Assembly: GCA_030390025.1 (NCBI GenBank)
Contig: CM059432.1
Location: forward strand, 99,698,001 to 99,762,000
Origin: Squalus acanthias
Taxonomy: Eukaryota
DNA: 64,000 nucleotides
Direction of reading: 5' to 3'
Of this stretch, positions 50,489 through 63,236 are shown in pieces (the first letter of the stretch is position 1; every line of letters begins with the position of its first letter). The notes below the pieces were generated by a model. It saw only the letters and a list, made by a program, of their open reading frames with translations, was not told where the DNA came from and did no database searches. The position numbers and the translations under genes were made by a program.

Positions 50489-52046
50489 CATGAATTTTAA
50501 TGAAAATTTACCCCAACTCGCGAAGGGTGGTGATAACGAGTAGAATTTTTAAACAGTTTTTGTAAAGCATTTTCAGATGCAGTAATATAGTTTCTGTAAG
50601 AGCTGTGACCTGTTAGAGATGAACTAAAGCCAGGTGTATAAACCAACTGTCAATCTATATTGGTTTATGTTTGAAAAAATACCAACTCATGATTTCTATA
50701 CCAAATCTCATGATTTTTAAGAGTTTGTCTCCTGATTTATGAGGCGGTGGGTTTGGCAGTACTGCTTTCCCCATATTCCAAACTGCTTGGTTTGAGTGAA
50801 TTTGCTTTTTATTCCCCAGCATCACAACTTCTGAAGGAGTCCCATTTTCACTTTTATCTTCACCTTTCATGCTGATGTTATAAAGAAAGGACCTGTATTT
50901 ATATGGCGCCTTTCACGATCTCAGGGCATCCCAAAGCATTTACAACCAATTAAGTGTATCTTCAGCTTCAATATTTCTTGAGGCCAGATCAATCTAAGAA
51001 ATAGAACATTTTAGGATCAGGAATAAGCCATTTAGCTTTGGTTTGGAAAGCTGTTAGAAATTAATAAAAGTTGTTATAATTTGAAATCTAACTATTCAAT
51101 GTTGTACGCTCCTTCATTCAGCCATCATGCTACATGTTCTCTGTTCAAAGGGATGGAACCCATGAAGTGCTGATAGTTGCACATTTGTTTTCATTATCCA
51201 GATTCAAATATTAAAAGATGTCGAAGTGATTGTCTGTGCTGACTACTTGAGATCCAATTGATCCTTCACAAAATCCTTATTTGTCCACAAAGACATGTAT
51301 CAGTGGCAATTGTAACATATTCTTGACATCTAGTTTGGCATTATTACCATCCAATATTTTGCATAGTCACTAAGAAGTTAGTATTTGGGTTTCAAGCGAT
51401 TGTAGTTGTAGATGCAGTATGCGGTCTCATCCAGCGCACTGTACATTTAGATCTTCTCTACTTCTATGTGCTTCCAGAATTTGTCAATAGGTAAAACAGC
51501 CTGAGGAATTTTATAAGCTGGCATTATAAAATTATCGTTCCAGAACGCCTTGACCTAGAATTTCAATGTTATTTCCAGTATGGTTTCATTGTACAATAGG
51601 GGCAAATAGATGTTTCTGGTGGCAGAATAGGGCAGAAGCTGTTTACGCCGGTATTTGGCCCCAAATCTGAACCCTCTGAATTCCCTCAAGCTTTTTGGCC
51701 ATTCCAGCGAGCCAGACACTGAGTCCCGCATTGGCTCTTTAAATGTATTATAATGAAGGCCAGGGACACTGCAACTCTGCATTTCTTGCTTGCAAAGCAC
51801 TTGACACAAGTTAGACTGATAAGAATAAGGCGCAGATGCTGCCAGGATCAGCTGAAACAAGCAAAAGGTAGGAGTTTGAAAGCCTGATGAGTGTAGAGTC
51901 TCAGTAGTGAGTCCTGCAGCTGAGAACAACTTTTTGCAGCAACATTTTGGCATTCTGCCTGCACAGACCTGTATTTGATTTTATAGCCTCATAACTCCCT
52001 GTGTAAAGGAGTTTCTCATGCCCTCTATTCTAAATCTTTACATTTA

Positions 52047-52937
52047 GGGGGAAAAATTCTGTTGGTTGCGCCTCCCGTTAGCGCCTTATAAGGGCGCTAA
52101 TGGGGCGCAAAGCAACTAGCGCCCGGGCACGGCGATGTTTACGCCGTTCACAAAATTAACTAGACATTTTGCGGCAGCGCTAAATACTACCGCAACGATC
52201 TCCTGTACCAACAGACCATGACGTCAGTCGAGTGCGCAACGCCCCGGTAGCGCCGGGGAGTGGATATTGAATGGCGCCCCCTGCCTTACTGCCTGCCGCT
52301 AGCAACGACAGGTTGAGGGGAGCATTTTGCAGTCAGGAAGGGACTGGGGGAGTGCTATTTAAAAGCGACCGCTTCCTGCCTTTTATTGTTGGTGACATTT
52401 TTGAACCACGCAGTCTGAGAGAGAGAGAGAGAGAGAGAGACTTCTGGAGAGATTCAACGCTGTGTGAAGAAGTTTTGGGTACTGAGCAACACTTTGCAGG
52501 TTCATTTTGATTTGCTGTTCCTTGTATCGATTTAGAAGAGACTATGGGGGCTGCACTCTGAGCTCTTTCCCTGGGACTCTCCATTGTTCTTTCCTGCAGA
52601 TTTGATGTACAGGTCTCTCCAGGCCGAGATTCAAGGCAGCAGGATGTGGATGGAAAGCAAGATCAACCCTCCCCTTTAAGAACTGGCCGTGCCATTGTGT
52701 GTATGTTCCATTGCTGACTGACAGCGCATGAGCTTCGCCAGCACTCTGAGGTAGTGCCTCGCTCCTCGGCCTTTGCACCTTAAGACAGGTATAAAGCGCC
52801 TGATTTAGCGCCCCAATCACCTCCAGGGGCGATAAAAGTCAAGTTTGCAGTCGGAGGCGATAATTAGCGCCAGGTGCTAATTTTTGCGCCCGGCCGATAA
52901 TTGCGCCCCAAATGGGGCGATACTGAATTTCTCCCCC
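52047..52937 (+). mobile_element. Complete non-autonomous Harbinger derivative (891 bp)
   Basis: TIRs GGGGGAAAAATTC / GAATTTCTCCCCC; TTA TSD; ends homologous to 2614-3117 and 6350-6741. Confidence 0.93.
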
Positions 52938-53462
52938 TTAATCTTGTATCTATGGCCCCTAATCCTAGACCCCTCAACTGCTGCCCTGCCTCATGTTTCA
53001 TAATTTTAAATGCCTCCATCATGGTGCCCCATAATCCGCATTGTTCCAATGATTTTTATTTCAATATTATAAAAATGACAGCAGGCAATCTGACCCATTT
53101 AGTTGTTTTATTATTAAGGTTAGGGCTTTTACTAAGTCAGATCTAAGTAACACTGGCCAAGAAATTCGATTAAGCCTGAAAATGGGCTGTGCCACCGCAG
53201 GCCAAGGTAAACGGCCGCCTGCAAAAAGAGCGCAGGCAGCACTGGCACTTTGGTGCTGCCTGCTGATTTAAATGATGGGAGCACAAAACATACCATATAA
53301 CACGCTGTTTTGGGCAGTAGTCAACAGGAGACACAATGTAGCATGGCCTAACGTCCCTGGAGCGAGGCAGCATTGTCTTAAAGCTAGCCTGACATTTTAA
53401 AAAGCAGTTTCAAGCCCTTAAAGGGGAACTGCCTTCTAAAATGATAAAAAATAAAAATCAGC

Positions 53463-54420
53463 TACATCAATGATTTGGATGAGGGGAACAAATGTAATAT
53501 ATCCAAGTTAGCTGATGATACAAAGCTGGGTGGGTATCCAGGTTGTGAGGAGGATGCAAGGAGGCTTCAAGGGGATATAGACAGGCTAAGTGAGTGGGCA
53601 AGAACATGGCAAATGGAATATAATGTGGAGAAATGTGAAGTTATCCACTTTGGTAGGAAAAATAGAAAAGCAGAGTATTTTTTAAATGCTAAGGGATAGG
53701 GAAATGTTGGTGGTCAGAGAGACCTAGGTGTCCTTTTACATGAATCACTGAAAGTTAACATTCAGGTACAGCCAGCAATTAGGAAAGCAAATGGTATGTT
53801 GGCCTTTATTACAAGAGGATTTGAGTATAAGAGTAACTGCAATTATATAGGGCCCTGGTGAGACCACACCTGGAGTATTGTGTACAGTTTTGGTCTCCTT
53901 ACCTAAGGAAGGATATACTTGCCTTGGAGGGAGTGCAACGAAGGTTCACCAGACTGGTTCCTGGGATGGGGGGATTGTCCTATGAGGAGAGATTGAGTAG
54001 ACTAGGCCTATATTCTCTAGAGGTTAGAAGAATGGGATGTGATCTCATTGAAACATACACAATTCTTGCAGGGCTTGACAGGGTAGATGCAGGGAGGATA
54101 TTTCCCCTGGCTGGGGAGTATAGAACCAGAGGTCACAGTCTCAGAATAAGGGGTCAGCCATTTAAGACTGAGATGAGGAGAAATGTCTTCACTCAGAGGG
54201 TGGTGAATCTTTGGAATTCTCTACCCCAGAGAGCTGTGGAGGCTCAGTTGTTGAATGTATTCAAGAAAGAGATTGATAGATTTTTGAATATTAAGGGAAT
54301 CAAGGAATATGGAGATAGTGCAGGAAAGTCCAGATGAGGTAGATAATCAGCCGTGATCTTATTGAATGGCAGAGCTGGCTTGAAGGGCCAAATGCTCCTA
54401 TTTCTTATGTATGTTCTTAT
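53463..54420 (+). mobile_element. 5'-truncated CR1 LINE
   Basis: LADDTKLGG to C-terminus, TATGTTCT tail. Confidence 0.92.
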
Positions 54421-55123
54421 TTAAAAATAGGCAGCCTTTAGCCCTTAGAGCTCAACTGCCTTCTGAAAAAAAAATTTAAAATAATTCCGAATGGCAGTTT
54501 TCAGCTCTTAAAGCTGAACTGCCTTCTGCACGTAAAAAAATGGTAAAAGTGCTTCAGCACTAACACAAATGGCTCAACAAGCTAAGGAAGGGTCACCCAG
54601 TGTCTCACACATAGCACTCCAGCTTTGTGAAGAAGATCAACACTGCAAAAGAGGTCCTCTGCCCACAGGGGGACAGGAGGCCCTCCAGAAAGAACGATGT
54701 GGGACCAGATCACCGAGGCCATCACTGCCATTAGTGTCGCCCCCACCTCCTGGCTCCAGTGCCCAAAGAAGTTTTATGACCTCGGAGAGTGGTCAAGATC
54801 ACTGAATGCATCTTCAAAACCTTCCATTTCTAGCTTCACTTCACCCTCTTGGAGGAGACGGTGCAGGCCATTCTTGGCAGGGGCATGGCTGAGCCCCTGG
54901 TCAGCAGCAGGGCTGAAAGAATACACGATGCTGGTATCCTCATACATTATCCTCCTTCTCACATCCCATTTCCCCCTCATCCCACAATATCTTCTGATTT
55001 ACAAGTTGCGCATGGTGAGCATGCAGCTCTTGCTTTCCCGCCCTCCCCTCACCATAACTCTACCCTTGTGCCTTTCTCATTTCAGATACCAAAGAAATGT
55101 AGCTGGCCCAGCCAGTAGTTGAC

Positions 55124-55265
55124 CAGGAAGAGGGAGAGGAGGAAGAAGAGGAAGAGGAAGATGAAGAAGAGGAGGAAGAGGGAGAGGAGGAAGAAGAGGA
55201 GGAGGAGGAGGAGGAGGAGGAGGAAGAGGAAGAGGAAGAGGAAGAAGAAGATGAAGAAGAAGAAA
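55124..55265 (+). repeat. (GAR)n trinucleotide repeat, poly-Glu in Myb exon 3 frame
   Basis: ~140 bp of GAG/GAA. Confidence 0.9.
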
Positions 55266-55850
55266 CACTGTCACTCGATTTCACACTCCCAGCCACCAGC
55301 TCCTCGAGGTCATCCTGCAAGGCCATTTACGGTGTCCCCCACTGAAAGTCAGCAGCCTTCCACCAGCCATGCTGCAGCCACTGGAGTAGCACTGCATGAC
55401 ATCACTAGGATAGGCAAAGGCACACACAAGACAGTCACTAAGGGAATGCATAAGCGTGATTAGTTGATCTTTTGATGTCATATTGGATGCATATATTGAT
55501 AAAGTTGGATTGGAAAGTTTGCTTTGTGGTGGCTTTTATTTCATCATTGTGGCTAAGAGGACGCTGTGATGGTCAGTAACAGAGGGAAGGTAAGGTGTGG
55601 GACTAATGTTGAAAGGGGAATTGGGGTTGTGGTCACTGGTACCGCAGATAGATGATTCTATCCCAAATATCCCGGCCAGAAAGGGGCTGTCTGAGTTGCA
55701 TCCTTTCTTCTGCTTCCTCCTCTTCTGCATCCTTCTCTTCTGCATCTTCCTCTTCCCTCTGCAAGCAGCTTGTCCACTTTGCTGCCTCTGCTTCATCTCC
55801 AGGTGGCCCCCAGGACTGTGAGCAAGTGATCTTCTCAGAGGCAACATACT

Positions 55851-55992
55851 GAAGATGGCGGAAATCTGAAATAAAATCAGAAAATGTTAGAAATACTCAG
55901 CTGGTCAGGCAGCATCTTGCCCTGAGACGTTAACTCTGTTTCTTTCTCTATGGATGTTGCCTAACCTGCTGAGTATTTCCAGAATTTTTTGT
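55851..55992. mobile_element. Degenerate inverted Penelope pLTR pair
   Basis: GAAATACTCAGCTGGTCAGGCAGCATC / GATGTTGCCTAACCTGCTGAGTATTTC; same family as 35440-35510. Confidence 0.65.
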
Positions 55993-56199
55993 CATCTCAG
56001 AGGCCTTACTTTACCATCTGAAGCCTCTGCAAGCGTCCAGCAGCACTCCCTGCACTCTGTGCACACTTTAACAACTTTTTTTAATCTATTGCACCAAGCC
56101 ACTACTTCAATAAAATAAAAAAATGTCCAAAAGCTGAAATCCAAACTTACTGAAAGATGTGAGTGTCCCTTTAAGAAGCGTTGGCAGCTTCTCTGCGTA

Positions 56200-56855
56200 T
56201 GTAGGAGCATAGGAACAGGAGTCGGCCATTCAGCCCCTCAATATTGTTTTGCCATTCAATTGGGTCATGGCTAATCTGTACCTCAACTCCATTAACCCAC
56301 CTTTGATCCATATCTCTGATACCCTTACCTAATAAAAATCAGTCGCTCTCAGTCTTGAAAATTACTAATAATGCAGCATCCACATCCTTGTGGGGGTGGG
56401 GGGGGGAGGAGTTCCATATTTCCACTATCCTTTGGGTAAAAACATGCTACCTGATTTCACTCCTGAATAACCTAGCTCTAATTTTAGGATTATGCCTCCT
56501 TGTTCTGGAATCCCCCACCAGAGGAAATAGCTACTCTGTTGAATTTTTTTATCATTTTAAACACCTTAGTTAGATCACCCGTCAATCTTCTAAATCAAGG
56601 GAACACAAAACAAGTTTATGCAACCTGCCCTCATAATTTAATCCTTTTATTCCCAGTATCATTTTGGTAAATTAGCGCTGTACTCCCTCTAGGGCCAATA
56701 TATCCTTCCTGAGGTACAGCAACCAGAACTGAACGCAATACTCCAGGTGGGGCCTGACCAAGGCTCTGCATCACTTCTTCCCCTTTGTATTCCAACCCTC
56801 TTGAGATAAAGGCCAATATTCCATTAGCCTATTGGATTGCATTTTGTACCTGTAT
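56200..56855 (-). mobile_element. Old CR1 3' fragment
   Basis: [19 protein letters not shown] remnants and CR1-type tail. Confidence 0.75.
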
Positions 56856-56978
56856 TACCTTTTTTGATTACATTTTGTATCTGTAAAACTATGTACCAGT
56901 GGAACAGAAAATGATTGACAGCAGTGCTTCAGGTGTGGGAGATCAGTGCGGGCCTGAAGCTTGCAAAGCATCCCATGT

Positions 56979-57243
56979 TAGGGTCGCCAACTCGTGTTAG
57001 ATGTATTCCTGGAGATTTAATCATGTGACCTCCCGCCTCCAACTACCCCACCCAGTCAAACAGCCATTTTTCCCCATCTCCAATATTTTTATAAAAAGTG
57101 TTCAAAATAAATGAGAAAAAAAACACACCAATTTTTTTAAATACTCCTATAATTTTTCTCCTGGGTTGCTTGCAACAGTGTCCAGGAGATTAATCTTTAA
57201 TTCCCGTAGAATCCAAGACAATCCTGGAGGGTTGGCAACCCTA
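56979..57243. mobile_element. hAT-type MITE (Blackjack-like TIR), 265 bp
   Basis: TAGGGTCGCCAAC / GTTGGCAACCCTA; 8-bp TSD TCCCATGT / CCCCATGT. Confidence 0.8.
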
Positions 57244-57394
57244 CCCCATGTTCATAGCCAATATCAATGTAATCCAGAAGTGCATGCGCCCTGCGCACAG
57301 ATTTCTGGAGGAGGATCAGAGGAGGCATGCTAAGTGGATGTGTTTTGACCAATCTTTACACTGCCACTCTTGTAGTCATATCTGGACCTGTTTG

Positions 57395-57962
57395 AATAAC
57401 AACAACAACTTGTATTTATATAGCGCCTTTAATGTAGTAAAACGTCCCAAGGCGCTTCACAGGAGTATTATTATAAGACAAAAAATTTGACACCGAGCCA
57501 CTTAAGGAGAAATTAGGGCAGGTGACCAAAAGCTTGGTCAAAGAGGTAGGTTTTAAGGAGCGTCTAAAAGGAGGAAAGAGAGGTAGCGAAGTGGAGAGGT
57601 TTAGGCAGGGAATTCCAGAGCTTAGGGCTTAGGCAACAGAAGGCATGGCCACCAAATGTTGAGCGATTATAATCAGGGATGTTCAAGAGGGCAGAATTAG
57701 AGGAGTGCAGATATCTCGTGGGGTTGTAGGAGATTACAGAGATAGGGAGGGGCCAGGCCATGGAGGGATTTGAAAACAAGGATGAGAACTTTGAAATCGA
57801 GGCTTTGCTTAACCGGGAGCCAATGTAGGTCAGCGAGTACAGGGGTGATGGGTGAACGGGACTTGGTGCGAGTTAAGACATGGGCAGCTGAGTTTTGGAT
57901 GACCTCAAGTTTACGTAGGATAGAATATGGGAGGCCAGCCAGGAGTGCATTGGAATAGTCAA
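57395..57962 (-). mobile_element. L2-clade LINE 3' end
   Basis: GGHAFCCLSPKLWNSLP; tail AAAGGCGCTATATAAATACAAGTTGTTG; a short related piece lies at ~1399-1462. Confidence 0.8.
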
Positions 57963-58019
57963 CTATCTGTACAGGTTAAGACCACAAAATTCCTTGGGGC
58001 TTCTCCCACACCACTGCCT

Positions 58020-58420
58020 TAGCATGGCCGGAAACCTAATTTGCACACATCAATGGGGCTCTTGTTGAAGTGCTGGCAGCGGGGCAGGAGAAACACTGAG
58101 AAAATTCACCCCCCAAGATTTCTGCAAGACACCATAATAGAAGTAGGCACATTTCTGCAACCAGATTTGCAAACTAGCTCCCGCTCAGGGATGGCTCTGT
58201 CAGTGGCTGTGATGATCGAAGCTGCCCTGGACGTTTTACGCAGCAGACAAGTGCAGGAGATATCTATCACCGCTCCGAATTTTCAGTGCACACTTGCATC
58301 AAGCAGATCACCTGTCGGGACCAATGATTTCATCAACTTCTTTTTGGAAATCGGGCAGCAGCCGGAAAAAAGCCCTTCACTTCTGACAGTGCAACAGGAT
58401 TCCCACAAGTGCAGGCATTA
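58020..58420 (+). pseudogene. Very decayed Harbinger transposase fragment
   Basis: LQPDLQTSSRSGMALSVAV resembles LQPDLQPQLRSRTSLSVAV of the intact transposase. Confidence 0.55.
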
Positions 58421-58790
58421 CTGAGTATATTGATGTAGCCAAATATATCCCTAATGCCAAAGCAACACTATTGATTGGAAAAACAGGCTTTTGTGTTATA
58501 CTGAACTATGTACAGTACTGCATAAAAAGACGGTAATGAGAAGGCGATTCGGCTATCTGCAAAGAGAAGCAGGTAATGGCATTCGGGATCCCTATTCCAA
58601 GTTGATTATGGGTGTACACTCTTCCTCACTTGTTTTTTTTGAATTTACTGCACCCTGGCAATCCAGTAGCCCCAGGCATTAGAGGAAGATAATCTGCCCC
58701 AACAACTATTGGGATGGCATCTTGGAGTATCTCCATGATGAAAAACCTTACATTAACTTAATAATTTTGGGGGACATGTTATGATACTTT

Positions 58791-59391
58791 GGGGAAAAAT
58801 TGGGTAGCGCCCATTTAGCGCCCCTCCCCTATAAATTCAGTATTAGCACCCCAAGAATGAGGTGGAGCACTACTACTCAATGTCACGGCGCTACGTCATT
58901 GCAACCTCCTCCCCCGATTAAAGGGGAAGGGCCTAGCGCTGCGCGCACCGGGGCCCTGCCGGACAACCGGGGAGTGGGGTGCCGTGGAAACAGCCCGACG
59001 GCACACAAGAGGAGTACCGGGATGAGCGATCGCAGCCGGCACCCCGCATAAAAATGTTAAAGGTGGGCAGGTGCTGGCAGTCGGCCAAAATAAAAATGGC
59101 CGCCCAACACCTGCACTTTAAGTAGCGCCGCCACAAATTACTGCCGCTGCAAAACCGCCCCCTGATCCTGTCAGTTCCATCGCCTGATGATAGTTCAGGG
59201 GGCTCAAGGGAAGTTTATGGCCGGGGCGCAAATGGGGCGCTGCGCACGGCGATGACGTCATCATCCCTGGCATAGCAGAGCGGGCGCTACCGGTTTCCGC
59301 TACCACTCACCTCCCACTGAACTTTGCGGGAGCCGTTAGCAGCGCTGTCCGGAAGCTAAAGAGAGGCGCAAAGCAATCCAATTTCTCTCCC
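58791..59391. mobile_element. Harbinger-type MITE (~600 bp, CpG-rich)
   Basis: GGGGAAAAATTGG / CCAATTTCTCTCCC, TTT flanks, TAGCGCC motifs. Confidence 0.75.
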
Positions 59392-59515
59392 TTTGATTTT
59401 TATTTTTTCATACAGAGAAAAGACAATGAAGCATTTAAATGAAACAAGTACGGAAAATGCTGGAAACGTTCAACAAGTCAACTAGCATGTGAACAACTAA
59501 GGAAACTAGGGCTGT

Positions 59516-62500
59516 GGCCTAGAAATTGGATAAGGCCCGAAAACAGGCGGTGGCACCGGCCAACGCTATTGGCCGACGCCTCTTCTAAGTGGTGCAGGTA
59601 GCACACAAATTTTGTGCTGCCTTCTCATTAACATGATTGGAGTGCTGATCTCAGTGCTAGATGAGCTGCTGATTAGCTGGGCGCACAATGAGGGGGGGCC
59701 AATATCGGATACAGTCTAATGCCCAATAAAGTTTGGCCTAGGCTCTCTCCATTACTTAAAGGGGAGGTGTTTTGTTGCAGAAGCACCTCATTGTCAGTCT
59801 GGAGAAACAATGGCCCAACAACCTAGAGACTGAGCGAGAAGATTTTCAGATACTGCACTGGAGGCCTTGGTCCTGGGGGTCCAAAGAAGGCGGGCTGTCC
59901 TTTACTTGCAGGGAGGCAAGATGCCATCCAAGCTCATTTGCAGAAGGTTATGGGAAGAGACTGCACAATGCATCACGGCCACCAGTGTTGTTCCAAGGAA
60001 CTGGATCCAGTGCCAAAAAAAGTTTAATGACCTCACACGGCTGGTCAAGGTGAGTGAAGGCTTCAGCAAATGCCATATCCCACCATCTGCACCACAAGAC
60101 TCACACACTGCTCAATGCAGCACAACCCCAGCACTCACCTACCAACAATCTCTACCTATTACTACTCATACCTCACAATCAAGGCTTCACTTCACCCTCA
60201 CACTCTGACCAATGCTGCAATACTCACACCCACATCTCACACCTTACACACAGGTCAGAAATGGGGATGTTCGCTGATGACTGCACAGTGTTCAGTGCCA
60301 TTCACAACTCCTCAGATAATGAAGCAGTCCATGCCCGCATGCAACAAGACCAGGATGATGTTCAGGCTTGGGCTGATAAGTGGCAGGTAACATTGCTGCC
60401 ACAGCAGTGCCAGGCAATGACTATCTCCAACAAACGCGAGGCTAACCACCACCCCTTGACATTCAACGAGATTACCATCGCAGAATCCACTACTATCAAC
60501 ATCCTGGGGGTCACCATTGACCAGAAACTTAACTGGATGTGGCAACTAATGTGGCAACAAGAGCAGGCCAGAGGCTATGTATTCTGTGGTGAGAGTCTCA
60601 CCTCCTGACTCCCCAAAGCCTTTCCATCATCTACAAGGCACAAGTAAGGAGTGTGATGGAATACTCTCCACTTGCCTGGATGAGTGCAGCTCCAACAACA
60701 TTCAAGAAGCTCGACACCATCCAGGAAAAAGCAGCCCACTTGATTGGCACCCCATCCACCACCTTAAACATTCACTCCCTCCACCACTGGCGTACCGTGG
60801 CTGCAGTGTGTACCATCTATAAGATGCACTGCAGCAACTCGCCAAGGTTTTTTCGACAGCAGCTCCCAAACCCGCAACCTCTTTCACCTAGAAGGACAAG
60901 GGCAGCAGGCGCATGGGAACACCACCACCTCCAAGATCCCCTCCAAGTCACACACCATCCTGACTTCGAAGGTCTTTTTCAGGATGGCAGGCCTAGTGGG
61001 GTACCGCAAGGTACCACTTGGACCCCAGCTATTCATTATCTATATCAATGATTTGGATGAGGGGACTAAATGTAACATTTCCAAATTTGCTAATGATACA
61101 AAGCTAGGTGGCAGTGTCAGTTGTGAGGAGGATGTGAAGAGACTTCAAAGGGATCTCGACAGGCTCAGTGAGTGGGCGAGAACATGGCAGATGGAATATA
61201 ATGTGGATAAATGTGAAGTTATCCACTTTGGTAGAAAAAACAGAAAGGCAGTGTATTTCCTAAATGGTGAAAGATTGGGGAATGCAGATGCTCAAAGGGA
61301 CCTGGGTGTCCTTGTACATGAGTCACTGAAAGTGAATGTGCAGGTGCAGCAAGCCATTAGGAAGGCAAATGGTATGCTGGCCTTCATTACAAGAGGATTT
61401 GAGTACAGGAGTAAAGAAGTCTTACTCCAATTATATAGGGCCTTGGTGAGACCACACCTGGAGTACTGTGTATAATTTTGGTCTCCTTTCCTAAGGAAGG
61501 ATATACTTGCCATAGAGGGAGTGCAACAAAGGTTCGCAAGATTGATTACTGGGATGGCGGGACTGTCGTATGAGAAGAGATTGAGTAAACTAGGCCTGTA
61601 TTCTCTTGAATTCAGAAAATGAGAGGGGATCTCATTGAAGCATATAAAATTATTACAGGGCTTGATAGGGTGGATGCTGGGAGAATGTTTCCCTTGGCTG
61701 GGGAGTCTAGAACCAGGAGCCACAGCCTTAGGATAAAGGGTAGGCCATTCAGGACTGAGATGAGAAGAAATTTCTTCGCACAGAGGGTGGTGAATCTTTG
61801 GAATTCCCTACCCCAGAGGGCTTTGGAGGCTCAGTCATTGGGTATATTCAAAACAGAAGTCGATAGATTTCTGACTAGTCAGGGCATCAAGGGATATGGC
61901 GATAGGTCCGGTGAATGGAGTTGAGACAGAAGATCAGCCATGATCTCATTGAATGGTGGAGCAGGCTCGAAGGGCTGAATGGCCTACTCCTGCTCCTATT
62001 TATCATGTTCTTATGTTCTTATATCACCGATCCTTCATCGTCGCTGGGTCAAAATCCTGGAACTCCCTACCTAACAGCACTGTGGGAGTACCTTCACCAC
62101 ACGGACTGCAGTGGTTCAAGAAGGTGGCTCACCACCACCAGCACCGCCCATATCCCATAAACAGGTTTTTATAAAATTGACAGCTATTTAACTATGGCAG
62201 GCACATCACCCAAATATATTGCACCACACTCACTGACACACTTCCTTTTCTCTTACAGGCCAAGGTAGCATACAACAGGAGGGAGCAACAACTGAGACCC
62301 TGATGGACCTCAAGGAATCAGTCCTTGAAATCATTGGAGGGGCAGTGACAGAGTCCGTGGGCAGCGGAGAAGTTAAAACCATTGCTGATGATAATGGTAT
62401 GTTCATACCTAATCCTTCTTCTCACATCCCACTTACCCCCCTCATCCCACAATCTCTTCTCACTTACAAGCTGCTGATTGTGTATGCATGGATATCTTGC

Positions 62501-62845
62501 TTTCATCCCATCCACTCACCACAAACCGACCCCTGTGCCTTTCTGCTTTCAGATACCCAAGAAGTGCCTTCAGCGCAGCCTGTCCCTTATCCTCAGCAAG
62601 CTGATGGAGGAGACAAAGAAGAAGAAGACATTAGCACTGCCTGACACTCACAGACACCAGCTCAGAAAATGGCACTGAGTGTGCTTTAGAGGGTAGTATA
62701 GTGGCGGGATCTGCATGTGGTGAGTCGCCGAGGATGAGTGGGCTGCAGCCATGCCAGGGGGAAATGGTTGTTCAGGTGCCAGCTCCCCAGAGGGCGAGTT
62801 CACACATGAGTTCTGCTCCACAGGACTCAGATGATGACTTCAGCA
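59516..62845 (+). mobile_element. Harbinger end with decayed 3-exon Myb gene; LINEs nested in intron 1
   Basis: TIR GGCCTAGAAATT; exon 1 59810-60049 (WIQCQKKFNDLTRLVK|GTGAGT); exon 2 from ~62259; exon 3 from ~62553. Confidence 0.8.
60253..62160 (+). mobile_element. LINE 3' end (family of 31500-32655) interrupted by a CR1 at ~60967-62022
   Basis: MFADDCT...; host sequence CATCCTGACTT resumes at ATATCACCGATCCTTCATCGTCGCTGGG, as in 32550-32590. Confidence 0.85.
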
Positions 62846-63236
62846 GGACCTCTGGGTTCCCTGTACTTCTGGATTCCCCAGCCGTTACAAGGTCACATCC
62901 CTGCACCTTCCCTACCTCCCCATAAATATTGGGGCCAATATACTTCACAGAAGTGTTGGTGTCATTTGGAAGAAATTCATGCAATACATCGATTAACTTT
63001 ATGGAGCATTCACAGTCACCACAAAAAATTCACTTCCTGCATAACATACAGTCCTAAAGCTAAATTAATGTTTCAGGTGGGATACGTCATCAGAACATCT
63101 ATCTGAAATATTCATCTATTGTTCCCTTTCAGATATTGACTGAACTGCTGCATATTTCTGGATTTTTCTTTGTTTCTTTTAAATTGCAGATTTTATGCAT
63201 GTAGACCTAGAGTTACTGCTAGTTTCTTTTGTCAAT

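Larger units (their letters stand above)
53155..55850 (-). mobile_element. Heavily deleted Harbinger (Myb on +, transposase tail on -)
   Basis: TIR-like GGCCAAGAAATT; Myb from ATG 54569 (WDQITEAI..WLQCPKKFYDL); acidic transposase C-terminus ~55640-55850. Confidence 0.7.

Noticed and set aside
51440..51620. Faint likeness to hepadnaviral terminal protein (PL..NE, IMPA, LP.DK) or a Cys-loop receptor LBD
   Set aside because: Spacing is wrong and the diagnostic motifs (T3 motif, Cys-loop) are absent; unsupported without a search.
55119..55463. Lys/Arg-rich protamine-like ORF and poly-Ser antisense ORF
   Set aside because: Alternative frames of the (GAR)n microsatellite.
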